Shown here piece by piece: positions 9,250 to 17,737 of a stretch of 64,000 nucleotides of DNA. The position numbers and the translations under genes are program-made. Numbering within the stretch: the first letter of the stretch is position 1; every line of letters starts with the position of its first letter. This DNA comes from a virus. Below the pieces are notes generated by a model. It ran no database searches. It had not been told where the DNA came from and saw only the letters and a program-made list of their open reading frames with translations. Location of the stretch: the IMG/VR virus record IMGVR_UViG_3300042198_000079, positions 32,001 to 96,000 of that record; one strand, written 5' to 3'.

Positions 9250-10536
9250 ATGGAAGAAAAAAATAAAAATTATCTTGTAAATTTTTCAGCAGGCATATTA
9301 GCACTTTTTTTAATATTTTCTAAAATTTCAAAGAAAAAAATAAACGTATCAGAACAAAATTTGAGTACGAATATAGTTGACAAACCAAAAACTAATGTTA
9401 TAGTAGAAGAAGGATCTAAAGTAGAACTAGTAGAAAAAGTTCCTATAGAAAAAAATAAACTTTTTATAGAAAAAAAATTCGATGGTTATACCAATCATTT
9501 TTTAGATTTCTATTATGTTAATAGCGATTGGGAACAAAAAGCAAAAACCATTTCCGATACTATTTTTCAAAATAAAGAAAAATACGTAAATGTTTCCAGT
9601 CAATTAGGAAAAGTTCCTTGGTATGTCATAGGAATAATCCATTATTTAGAGTCTGATTTTTCTTTTAATAAGCATTTACACAACGGTGATCCTCTTTCCG
9701 GCAGAACTGTCCGTGTACCAAGGGGAAGACCTCTAAACGACCCTACAGGAGAATCAAATAGGTATACTTGGGAAGAATCTGCTATTGATGCCATAAAGAT
9801 AAAAATGTGGCACACATGGGTAGATTGGGAAGTTAAAGATATTCTATTTAGATCGGAGAATTATAACGGAAGGGGTTATGCAAAAATGGGCAAATTGTCT
9901 CCTTATATATGGAGTGGATCTAATTACGGTGTTGGTTTAGGTAAATTTACAAGTGACGGAGTTTATGATAAAAATGCAGTTTCTAAACAAGTTGGCGTTG
10001 CTCTCATATTGAGAAAAATTTACGAAAAATTAAATTTTGTGTTTGAAAATACACAAATACAAAAAGAACCAATAGAAGAAAAAACCATTTTTTCTAAGAA
10101 AGAAGAAAAATTAAAATTGTATTTTGCAAAATACAATATAAAATATTTCCAACCAAAAGAATTTTTAACATTGGGAGGGGGAAACGAATACGGAAAATGT
10201 AAAGATAAAAATAAATTGCCCCCTGATGATCTTTTAGAAAATATAGCAAAAGTTGCTCAATATTGGGATATTGTCCGAGAAAAATATGGGAAAAAAATCA
10301 TTGTAAATTCTGTTTATAGAAGCCCAGAATACAATAGTTGTTTAGACGGAACTGCATCTAATTCCTTTCATATGAAAGGAATGGCAGCAGATTGTAGTCC
10401 AGCAGAAGGAAGTCTTTCAGAATTAACAAAAGTAATTTCTTATTTAAAAAATGAGGGGAAAATAGTAGGAGGATGGGGGGTTTATCCAACATTTATTCAC
10501 TTGGATACTAGACCTTCCAACGTAAAGTTTAGATGA
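9250..10536 (+). CDS. Two-catalytic-domain endolysin: N-terminal TM segment, lysozyme-family domain, peptidase M15 (YcbK-like) domain
   Basis: VPWYVIGIIHYLES..F..HLHNGDPL..RTV.VP.GRP ... ENYNGRGY...SPYIWSGS...GKFTSDG; SVYRSPEYN...SNSFHMKGMAAD...GWGVYPTFIHLDTR. Confidence 0.85.
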   Translation: MEEKNKNYLVNFSAGILALFLIFSKISKKKINVSEQNLSTNIVDKPKTNVIVEEGSKVELVEKVPIEKNKLFIEKKFDGYTNHFLDFYYVNSDWEQKAKTISDTIFQNKEKYVNVSSQLGKVPWYVIGIIHYLESDFSFNKHLHNGDPLSGRTVRVPRGRPLNDPTGESNRYTWEESAIDAIKIKMWHTWVDWEVKDILFRSENYNGRGYAKMGKLSPYIWSGSNYGVGLGKFTSDGVYDKNAVSKQVGVALILRKIYEKLNFVFENTQIQKEPIEEKTIFSKKEEKLKLYFAKYNIKYFQPKEFLTLGGGNEYGKCKDKNKLPPDDLLENIAKVAQYWDIVREKYGKKIIVNSVYRSPEYNSCLDGTASNSFHMKGMAADCSPAEGSLSELTKVISYLKNEGKIVGGWGVYPTFIHLDTRPSNVKFR

Positions 10537-10541
10537 AAAAT

Positions 10542-11171
10542 CTAAACATAATATTTTTTAACATGGTTATGTAAAACAATTCCTTGTTTTCGCAATTCGG
10601 GAATAATTACATTTCTGATCCAATTTCTCCTACAATGAGTTGGATCAGAATTTGTTGGATCTTCGCACAAATAATCTTTAAGACCTTCCACATTTTCCAT
10701 ATATTCGTTTAATTTCTTTTTTTGGATTAGCAAAAAAGGATGATAAATCCCAATTGGGTCTTCACACCAATAGGGCTTGATCGGGATATATTGCGGAACA
10801 CCATTTAGACAATTTAAAATATAACTTTCTTCGCAATCGTTCGCATGATGTGCGGTTACATAGTTTCCTCCAATTTTAGTCAAATGAAAAAATCTAAATT
10901 TTCTAAGTTCTCCTTCGCTTTCGTCGGGGAATTGTTCTTTATCTCTTTTGATGATCTTACAAGGAACATTGATAAAATCTGCAAATCTTTTTACAGATTC
11001 TTCCATTTTATCATTGATAGAAGAACATGCATGGTTAAAATGTAAAATATCAAATTCTTGTTTACATCGATATTTATATTTTAACCAATGAGCAGCACTG
11101 ATACTATCTACTCCTCCACTAACAAGAAATGTAAATTTATTTTGTGGAAGCCATTTAGAGTTGATTTTCAT
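10542..11171 (-). CDS. tilS: tRNA(Ile)-lysidine synthetase, catalytic domain only
   Basis: VSGGVDS PP-loop, HFNH, LRKFRF, TAHHAND.EE, EDPTNSD..RRNWIRN.IIP. Confidence 0.88.
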   Translation of the reverse strand: MKINSKWLPQNKFTFLVSGGVDSISAAHWLKYKYRCKQEFDILHFNHACSSINDKMEESVKRFADFINVPCKIIKRDKEQFPDESEGELRKFRFFHLTKIGGNYVTAHHANDCEESYILNCLNGVPQYIPIKPYWCEDPIGIYHPFLLIQKKKLNEYMENVEGLKDYLCEDPTNSDPTHCRRNWIRNVIIPELRKQGIVLHNHVKKYYV

Positions 11172-11250
11172 ATGAGTCTCTCAACGTGGAGAAAATACGA
11201 GAATTTGGGATTAAGATAATATTGCACGTAATTTAAAATTGTCAAGAAGT

Positions 11251-12426
11251 TTATTCGCACAAATTGTTAGATGTTAATGTGCATGTATCCGTAACAGAAA
11301 ATACAGTAAATCCATCAGAATAAGGATGTTGATAATTAAGCCAAGTAGAATATAAAGGATCAGAAGATAAAAATGGATTTTGTAATTCTGTTCTTTTTAC
11401 GGAATCTGTAACAACACAACATCCAGCTTCATTTGCTAATACAATATCGAAAATACTTCCACCAGACATTGGAGGAATATTAAAAGTAATACTATTAGAA
11501 TTATACGACCATGACGTTATCGGTATACCAGAAATCATAACACATTCTGATGAAAGCGAAGTATAATCACAATAAACATCTAAATCTTCTCTTAAAAAAG
11601 AATTTGGATAATATAATTTATATTCTATTCCATTTGTAGGATGTCCACCGGAAAGATAAATTTCTTTTACTTTGTCCATGTTCATCCCCCAGAGTTTTTG
11701 GTATCCTATTTTGTTTTGTATAAACGCAGCATTTAGTGCTTTTGTAACGAAAGGTTTTCCTTTTAACAATTGTTTCCACTGCACCGTTCCGTTTGGTGCC
11801 ATCAAAGTATTTGATATTTTTGTAATTATTCCAACTTCTTGGAATTCTAAATCAGTCAACCACAAATATCCCTTTACCGTAAAACTTGTCGATGCCTGTA
11901 ATATTGTGTTTACACTGCCCTCTTGAACAACAGTTGGAATATTTTCCGTCCAAGATCCGCCCCATATTATTTCCAAACTCACTGATTCGTTTGTTAACGG
12001 ATCGTTTATAAATTGATAAGTTTGTGGGTTTAAATATTGAACTAATTTTTGCTGTATTTGATTTAAATCCCACATATATAAACACAAAATTGTAATTGTG
12101 AAATTCATGTTTATGGGTATAGGCTCGGATTGAGCATATTTATTATCTACTAATTTAGAATAATTGTCTTTATTTTTTATTCTAGCAGGATCTCGCGACC
12201 ATCCAGATCTTACAATAGAAACAACAGGAAGTCTTATTGTTCCACTATCGTTTCTTATATCTAATAATAGATTACTAGGGGGACTTGATGTTAATGCAAC
12301 TGGAACTTCTTCTACTATTCGTCTTTCGCCATCAAATCTATATATGTTTATTTCATCAATTGCTGAAGCAAATGCGGTTTGTATGTCTTCTAAAGAAAAA
12401 AAAGATTGATTTGGGGATATCACCAA
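11251..12426 (-). CDS. gp15: Tail terminator/completion protein gp15-like with C-terminal Ig/IPT-like extension
   Basis: IRLPVVS....WSRDPARIKNK...PIPINMNFTITI....WDLNQI.Q.L..Y.NP. Confidence 0.8.
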   Translation of the reverse strand: MVISPNQSFFSLEDIQTAFASAIDEINIYRFDGERRIVEEVPVALTSSPPSNLLLDIRNDSGTIRLPVVSIVRSGWSRDPARIKNKDNYSKLVDNKYAQSEPIPINMNFTITILCLYMWDLNQIQQKLVQYLNPQTYQFINDPLTNESVSLEIIWGGSWTENIPTVVQEGSVNTILQASTSFTVKGYLWLTDLEFQEVGIITKISNTLMAPNGTVQWKQLLKGKPFVTKALNAAFIQNKIGYQKLWGMNMDKVKEIYLSGGHPTNGIEYKLYYPNSFLREDLDVYCDYTSLSSECVMISGIPITSWSYNSNSITFNIPPMSGGSIFDIVLANEAGCCVVTDSVKRTELQNPFLSSDPLYSTWLNYQHPYSDGFTVFSVTDTCTLTSNNLCE

Positions 12427-12431
12427 AATAT

Positions 12432-13130
12432 TTATCTTAACTGTTTTATTTCAAGAATATCTAGAATGTGCCATTTGCAAATTTTTCCACTATCTAAAGC
12501 AAATTCCCCAATTTGTGACATGTGGTGGTGACCACAATAAAATCTACTAGGCTTACATTTTTGTAAAATGTCATATCCAATATTATTTTCTGTTTTTAGA
12601 TCATCTGAAAGATATCTATCGTTTTTTGTAAAATTTTTTATGTTCCCATAAATATAACCTATATTTCTAGGATTAGTATGCATAACTAAAACATCAACTT
12701 CTTCTATATTTTTTTTAGGACTAGGCAATCCTTCGTTTTCCCACCACGAAACTCCATTTATTCTATTTATTCGATCTAAAGATATTGCTCCTCCGACTAA
12801 TAAAAATTTATAATCATTTAAAGTTAAATAAGTATAGTCAGGAATTAATTTCAAATTAGAAAATATAAAATTTCCATTCCAATAAGAAGGATCGTCATGA
12901 TTGCCTCTAATAACAAACATATTAACTCTAAGATCTTTTAAAAATTGATTCAAATTTATAAGTTTTTTCAATTCTTTGTCGGGACTCCGAAAACCTATTC
13001 CAAAATCCCCAACCTGAATAAAATTTATATTTTCGTCGGGTTTTGAAAAATAATTTTCCAATTTTTCTTTTAAAAAATCAAATTCCCCGTGAATATCACC
13101 TATAAAATAACAATTAGTTAATTTTTTCAT
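12432..13130 (-). CDS. Calcineurin-like metallophosphoesterase
   Basis: GDIHG, QVGDFG, RGNHDD, GGAISLDR, MHT, CGHHH. Confidence 0.9.
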   Translation of the reverse strand: MKKLTNCYFIGDIHGEFDFLKEKLENYFSKPDENINFIQVGDFGIGFRSPDKELKKLINLNQFLKDLRVNMFVIRGNHDDPSYWNGNFIFSNLKLIPDYTYLTLNDYKFLLVGGAISLDRINRINGVSWWENEGLPSPKKNIEEVDVLVMHTNPRNIGYIYGNIKNFTKNDRYLSDDLKTENNIGYDILQKCKPSRFYCGHHHMSQIGEFALDSGKICKWHILDILEIKQLR

Positions 13131-13139
13131 TGATTTATG

Positions 13140-13448
13140 TTAACATTTTTTTGCCCAATTTTCAACATAATTGATACAACTATTCAAATTTTCTAATACT
13201 AATTTTTCCTTAATAGGAAACGGATGTATCCTGATTCCCGGAACTTGACCAATCTCTACTATGTCTTTTACAAAATCTGTAAATTTATTTTGTTTTATCC
13301 AACCATAATAAAAGTCTCGTTCTTCCCATATTAATTCTACAAGAACAATACAATCTAAACTTCTAGTAATTATTCCTAAAGATCTGAATGCATATGTTTC
13401 GGAAGGAGGAGCAATTAATGTTCTGTCGATGACCAAATTAGTAGCCAT
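13140..13448 (-). CDS. Hypothetical protein
   Basis: ORF with upstream TAAATA box, divergent from the portal gene. Confidence 0.6.
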   Translation of the reverse strand: MATNLVIDRTLIAPPSETYAFRSLGIITRSLDCIVLVELIWEERDFYYGWIKQNKFTDFVKDIVEIGQVPGIRIHPFPIKEKLVLENLNSCINYVENWAKKC

Positions 13449-13486
13449 AGATTTATTTATTCGTATAAATAGTATTAAATAAATCC

Positions 13487-15613
13487 GTGGCTATTCCAAG
13501 AAAAAATATAATAAAAAACATAGAAGATCGTAGGAAAAATTTAAACAGCATTTTGAATAACGAAAAAACAAAAATTTTTGGAAAAATTCCAAAAGGTTTT
13601 GAGCAAATAATGCAGAGACAAGCTGCTGTAAACTTATATAATTTGCCTTCTAGAAATTATGCGTCTTCTATTAATTTCAATAATAAATTAATAAATTCTT
13701 TATATCAAGGTTTATCAGATTATAAATTACAAAGATTGAGAGAATTGAGAAGAATTGCAGATTCGTCTGAAATGACCATTGCTCTTCGTGAAATAGCAGA
13801 TGAATTTTTAAATGAAGATAGAGAATGTAAATATATTCAGATACGGGTCAGAAACCAACCAGATGAAGTTATTGATGTTTTGAGAAAAGAATTTTATTCT
13901 TTTATGGAAATTTTCAAACTAAAAGAAAAGGGTTGGAATTATTGTAAAGAATTTTTAACTGATGGAGAAAAGTTTTTTGAAAATTTAATTTCTATAGAAT
14001 CTCCAGAATTGGGTATAGTTGGACTTTGTGAAATTCCTCCCGAAAGAATAGAACCTATTTATAGAAATAAACAAAACGACGAGATTGAAATTTTCAAAAT
14101 AAATGTTGATCCGGGATTTGCTAGTGAAGATTTAATAACAAATCAGAAACTTGCAATGAATGATATGAGTGATGAAAATTATATCGATTATGATCCTGAA
14201 CAAGTTACGTATATTCATTCTGGAGAATGGTGTCCGCAAAGAATGACGAAAAAATCTCACATTTCAAATGCTCTTAGAGATTTTAGAATCCATTATTTGA
14301 TGGAAGATACAAATTTAATATATATTACTGCACGGGCACCTCAAAGATTATTATTTAAAATCCCAACAGATAATATGCCAGATGATATGGCACAAGAGCA
14401 TTTAAGAAGACAAGCAGCAGAATTTAACACCCAACAATCTGTAAATTCAAATGGTATAGCAGCATATCACAATCCACAATCACAGTTAGAAAATTATTAT
14501 GTTGCAACAAATAATGGAGTTGGCGTGGACATCCAAACTATAGGAGGAGATACACAACTTGATGGAAGACTACAATTAATTAAATATTTTGCTTCTAAGC
14601 TATATCAAGCACTACAAATCCCAACAAGCAGATTAAATCCAGAATCTCAATACAGTGATGGGAGTAGTGTTACTGTCGAAGAAGTAAAATTCGGAAAAAT
14701 GATAGAAAGATTACAATCTCGTTTTGCGGTTGCGATAAAAAAGACATTTATAACTCATTTAAAACTAAAAGGAAAAGACGTGAAAGGATTAAAAGAATTT
14801 TTAAATTTAAAATATAATAAAAATGAAAACGACGAATATGGTAACAAACAAGTTAATTTAAAATCATACAAAGAAGAACTTCGACAAGTAGAAAGTTCTT
14901 TAGAAAAACACATGCACGTTTTAAATGAACAAATAAAAAAATATAACGAAGAATTGAGTTTAATTTCTGAAAATTATAATGCTTACAATGAAGAAGAATA
15001 TACACAAGAAGAAGTAGAGTATATAAGAAACGAAATTAAAAAAATAGAACAAAGGTTGATGGAATTAATTAGTAAAAATAAAAGCATATGGGATCAATAT
15101 GAATTAGAAGATAATGACATTGATATTATATTCAATGCTCCGAATGCATATAATGCACTAAAGAAACAACAACAACTATCAATAAAATTAGATACTTTAG
15201 GAAAATTAATGGAAATACCATTTATGAGTTTGGCATATGCACTAAAATACGGAGAAAGGTTCGATGGCGGACCTTTAACAAATTCCGAAATAAATCAGTT
15301 ATATGTTTATGCTATTGCAGAGCAAAAATTAAAAGCACAACTATCCAAAATAGAAAACGGGGAAGATATCGGTAGTGGCGGAGGAGGAGGACTATCTGGT
15401 CTTGGTGGAGGGGATATGTCCGATTTCGGCGGAGGAGGAGGAGCAGGTGGCGGCAGTGGAGATATACCAAAACCAGTGTTGCCTGATGCAGGAGATATAC
15501 AAGACCTTGGAGGGGGGTCAGAACCTGAAATGGGAGGAGGAGGAGGAGCAGGACCGTCTCCTTCTGAAACACCAGCACCAGAATCTTCAGAAGATTTGGG
15601 AAATAAAGAGTAA
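13487..15613 (+). CDS. gp20: Portal vertex protein gp20-like with coiled-coil insertion and Gly-rich tail
   Basis: LMEDTNLIYITARAPQRLLFKI, LENYY, DIQTIGG, IKYFASKLYQALQIPTSRL, EEVKFGKMIERLQSRF. Confidence 0.92.
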   Translation: MAIPRKNIIKNIEDRRKNLNSILNNEKTKIFGKIPKGFEQIMQRQAAVNLYNLPSRNYASSINFNNKLINSLYQGLSDYKLQRLRELRRIADSSEMTIALREIADEFLNEDRECKYIQIRVRNQPDEVIDVLRKEFYSFMEIFKLKEKGWNYCKEFLTDGEKFFENLISIESPELGIVGLCEIPPERIEPIYRNKQNDEIEIFKINVDPGFASEDLITNQKLAMNDMSDENYIDYDPEQVTYIHSGEWCPQRMTKKSHISNALRDFRIHYLMEDTNLIYITARAPQRLLFKIPTDNMPDDMAQEHLRRQAAEFNTQQSVNSNGIAAYHNPQSQLENYYVATNNGVGVDIQTIGGDTQLDGRLQLIKYFASKLYQALQIPTSRLNPESQYSDGSSVTVEEVKFGKMIERLQSRFAVAIKKTFITHLKLKGKDVKGLKEFLNLKYNKNENDEYGNKQVNLKSYKEELRQVESSLEKHMHVLNEQIKKYNEELSLISENYNAYNEEEYTQEEVEYIRNEIKKIEQRLMELISKNKSIWDQYELEDNDIDIIFNAPNAYNALKKQQQLSIKLDTLGKLMEIPFMSLAYALKYGERFDGGPLTNSEINQLYVYAIAEQKLKAQLSKIENGEDIGSGGGGGLSGLGGGDMSDFGGGGGAGGGSGDIPKPVLPDAGDIQDLGGGSEPEMGGGGGAGPSPSETPAPESSEDLGNKE

Positions 15614-15633
15614 AAAAAGACTAAATAATTTAA

Positions 15634-16191
15634 ATGGAATCTAAATTTTATACTTTAATATTTGAATTTTACAACAAAAATAACATAGGTGGAATTCTAA
15701 GAGGTGATCATGTTACTTTTTCAAAGGATTGGGAAAAAATAGCAAATGAAAAAAAATATCCAGAACACATGAAAAATGTTCTAACCAGATTAGCAAACAC
15801 TAAAAATAGACTTATTGTAACAGATGTGAATCGAAACTCTTCTGGAGCTATAGGAAATCCAATTGCTGGAGTTTTACCTGAAGATATTATTTTAAATGTT
15901 GCCGAAGAAATTTCTCCGGGTTTACCTATAGATTCTATTCCGGTTCCTTTGAATTTAATTCAAAGGGTTGAAAATGGAATAAATTTAGGGCAAATTCCTG
16001 ATTGTTGGAAAACTCCTGTTGTTATTACACAATCCAGAACTTTTGATCCTAAAAAGGATTCTATTGATACTGAAGGAAATCCAGATTATACAAAATATAA
16101 AAAATTGGCACATCAACACATTTTAGATAGACAAAAAGAAGGTCATAAACCAGAACAAAAAGGTATTGGCATGACTGGTCAAACTAGCTAA
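15634..16191 (+). CDS. Hypothetical late protein with capsid-targeting-like N-terminus
   Basis: MESKFYTLIFE; CTAAATA box upstream. Confidence 0.6.
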   Translation: MESKFYTLIFEFYNKNNIGGILRGDHVTFSKDWEKIANEKKYPEHMKNVLTRLANTKNRLIVTDVNRNSSGAIGNPIAGVLPEDIILNVAEEISPGLPIDSIPVPLNLIQRVENGINLGQIPDCWKTPVVITQSRTFDPKKDSIDTEGNPDYTKYKKLAHQHILDRQKEGHKPEQKGIGMTGQTS

Positions 16192-16193
16192 TA

Positions 16194-17111
16194 TTATTCA
16201 TTTAAAATTCCATAAATATCGATAATAGAACAGAAAAAGTTCAATTCTTTATCTCTTCTATTTTCATAATTGTTCAAAGTAAAATTTAAAGATCTTGCTA
16301 TTTTTAAAGATTTGATTTGATCAATAGACTCGTCTTCTATGAATTTAGTAACTAAGAATTCTGATATTTTTTCATATTCGTCAAACGAAGAAACAATATT
16401 AATCCATTTTTGACGAATTGTTGATAATTTTTCAATAGAAGTAGCCTTTTTCAAAAAACTATGAATAATAGTTGCTATTTCTTCGGTTTGATCATTTATT
16501 AAAAATCCACTCTCTACCCAATTATATGCCTTACGCATATCTGGGTAAATATATTTTAACAAATAATTTTTCTGATCTGAATCTAAAACGATATCTTCTT
16601 TTTTAAGATTTGATTCTATGATTTTTAAAAAGCTATCAACATCTGGTTCAATTTTTTTAGGAATAGTTCTAGATACAATTTCTTCGATAATTTTATCGGG
16701 TCTATTTGTAGTGAAAATAAAATAACACTGTGTTTTAATACTTTCTTCTAAAATGTCTTTTAGTGCTTGTTGTGCATTTCTTGTAAGTCCGTCTGCTTCT
16801 GAAAGAACACATAATTTAAAACCACAACCAAGGGTAGATGATTGCACAAACCTCGTAATGTTATCTCTAATCAAGTCAATACCAGTTTCTTTGCTGGCAT
16901 TAATAGAAAGAGTGCTAGGCAAAACTCCCCAATACTCTGACAAAAACATCGAAATTGATGTTTTCCCCGTTCCCGGTTTTCCGTAAAACATCAAATTTTG
17001 CTTTGTGTGATTTTTCATCAAAGATTTGACAAATTTCGATGTTTCTTCGGAAAATGCAAAGTCTTCAATTTTTTTCGGACGATATTTTTCGCACAGAGAA
17101 AGTGAATTCAT
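16194..17111 (-). CDS. gp44: Clamp loader AAA+ subunit (gp44/RFC small-like)
   Basis: EKYRPK, GKPGTGKT, INASKETGID.IR, SEADGLT..AQQAL, YPDMRK. Confidence 0.92.
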   Translation of the reverse strand: MNSLSLCEKYRPKKIEDFAFSEETSKFVKSLMKNHTKQNLMFYGKPGTGKTSISMFLSEYWGVLPSTLSINASKETGIDLIRDNITRFVQSSTLGCGFKLCVLSEADGLTRNAQQALKDILEESIKTQCYFIFTTNRPDKIIEEIVSRTIPKKIEPDVDSFLKIIESNLKKEDIVLDSDQKNYLLKYIYPDMRKAYNWVESGFLINDQTEEIATIIHSFLKKATSIEKLSTIRQKWINIVSSFDEYEKISEFLVTKFIEDESIDQIKSLKIARSLNFTLNNYENRRDKELNFFCSIIDIYGILNE

Positions 17112-17125
17112 ATAAATAAGGATTA

Positions 17126-17737
17126 GTGGAAGATAAAATAAAAAATAAAACAGACACTTGGTTGGAAAGTGTTCTTCTCAAAGAGAATGAACACCAGAAT
17201 CATGAATTGTCAATGAAGAATTCTTTAGAAAAAAATAAAATACCGTTTGAAGGAGAAATTTCTAAACCAGTATCAACATCTGAATTATTAGGAAAAGCAT
17301 TGGAAAGGGCAGACCAATTTCACCAAATAATTCTACCTGCCGTCGAAGAAATGGCATATGCAGTCAGAGAAGATGCCGATGCAGAAAAAGGAAAAGCATT
17401 AGCAAATATGATAATGGCAGGACAAAAATGTCTCCAAACTTATGCAGATATTTATACAAAATTTGTTGAAGTTGAAGGTAGATTAGAATCGGAAAAATTA
17501 AAAGCAGAAGCAATAAAAAGCGTGAAAATAGGAGATACTATAAATATACAACAAAACAATGTTAGTGTAACTACTCCGGCAGAATTAATGAGAAAAATTA
17601 CAGAAGCAATGTCTTCTGGAACTTTCGATGTTGATAAATTGAAAATGCTCAAAGAGCAAAAAAGAAAATTAGACAGAGTTACTAATAATTCCGATAAAGA
17701 TAATGATATTAACATAGAAATTCAAAAAGATGTCTAA
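17126..17737 (+). CDS. Putative terminase small subunit
   Basis: Helical protein overlapping the start of terL; INIQQNNVSV-TT.AELM C-terminal pattern as in gp16-like proteins; TATAAATA at 17111. Confidence 0.65.
   Translation: MEDKIKNKTDTWLESVLLKENEHQNHELSMKNSLEKNKIPFEGEISKPVSTSELLGKALERADQFHQIILPAVEEMAYAVREDADAEKGKALANMIMAGQKCLQTYADIYTKFVEVEGRLESEKLKAEAIKSVKIGDTINIQQNNVSVTTPAELMRKITEAMSSGTFDVDKLKMLKEQKRKLDRVTNNSDKDNDINIEIQKDV

Noticed and set aside
15312-15644. Alternative-frame ORFs over the portal tail, and similar ones at 20175-20530
   Set aside because: By-products of GGA/GAA low-complexity repeats.
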